Of a DNA stretch of 64,000 nucleotides, positions 63,487 to 64,000 are shown in pieces (position 1 is the first letter of the stretch; every line of letters begins with the position of its first letter). Source of the stretch: a bacterium. GTDB taxonomy: Bacteria; Electryoneota; JAOADG01. Both the position numbers and the translations under genes were made by a program. The notes below the pieces were generated by a model that was not told the origin of the DNA, did no database searches, and was given only the letters and a program-made list of their open reading frames with translations. The stretch is from positions 672,001 to 736,000 of the forward strand of contig OY820579.1 of assembly GCA_963681965.1 (NCBI GenBank). Direction: 5' to 3'.

Positions 63487-64000
63487 TTGGTTGATTTGGT
63501 AGTAGTGGGTGGTGGTCACGCTGGGGTCGAGGCGGCAAGTGCGGCTGCCCGGATGGGGCTGTCGACGGTTTTGGTAACTCAGCAACAGGGTGCGATTGGG
63601 CGGATGTCCTGTAATCCGGCAATCGGCGGATTAGCTAAGGGGCATTTGGTGGTAGAACTCGATCCACTGGGTGGATTGATGCCACAAATCGCCGATAAGA
63701 CCGGCATCCAATTTCGGTTACTGAATCGATCGAAGGGTCCTGCGGTATGGGGACCGCGCTGCCAATCGGATAAAGACGCCTATTCCAAACTAGCCCAACA
63801 AATGTTGTTGTCTACTTCGAATTTGAGTATTTGGGAAGATGAAGTCGAGCAGTTGATTACCGAAAACAGCTCCCACTCAGAACCGAATATTATTGGTGTC
63901 CGCCTCAAGCAGCGTGGTGAAATATCCTGTCGTGGTGTCGTGATTGCCAGTGGTACATTTTTAGGCGGGCGCATTCATTGCGGTGAATGGAGTCAGCCAG
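63487..64000 (+). CDS. mnmG: tRNA uridine-5-carboxymethylaminomethyl synthesis enzyme MnmG/GidA, 5' part
   Basis: Not in ORF track. TTG start after GGGAG; MVDLVVVGGGHAGVEAASAAARMG...MSCNPAIGGLAKGHLV...IQFRLLNRSKGPAVWGPRCQSDK. Confidence 0.96.
   Translation, partial: MVDLVVVGGGHAGVEAASAAARMGLSTVLVTQQQGAIGRMSCNPAIGGLAKGHLVVELDPLGGLMPQIADKTGIQFRLLNRSKGPAVWGPRCQSDKDAYSKLAQQMLLSTSNLSIWEDEVEQLITENSSHSEPNIIGVRLKQRGEISCRGVVIASGTFLGGRIHCGEWSQP

Overview
64 kb of bacterial chromosome ending at a probable replication origin. The lineage is probably in the FCB group but outside Bacteroidota; this is inferred from nine proteins with a type-A T9SS-like C-terminal sorting domain together with clear GGAG Shine-Dalgarno sites. 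Housekeeping genes are mntH (partial), acs, thiL, lon, engB, dnaN, mnmE, mnmG (partial) and tRNA-Pro(UGG). The rest is secreted beta-propeller and hydrolase cargo proteins, three large PAS/GAF histidine kinases and several regulators. oriC (a DnaA-box cluster plus a DnaA-trio-like unwinding site) lies between a divergent dciA-like gene and dnaN with no adjacent dnaA, and two parS sites lie between mnmE and mnmG. The most striking structure is a multi-family set of GTAG/GGAG/GTGG-tagged REP hairpins. They form intergenic mosaics and occur inside a ~116-bp MITE-like element whose REP cargo differs between copies. About ten of them also sit IN FRAME, in three blocks, inside one intact 929-aa secreted SBBP-repeat protein gene. 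Other items are a tandem array of decayed tRNA-Pro copies, a duplicated palindromic operator at a TrmB regulator, and an unannotated 56-aa membrane protein after dnaN. No CRISPR array, integrase, transposase or phage gene was seen. All counts and alignments were done by eye.
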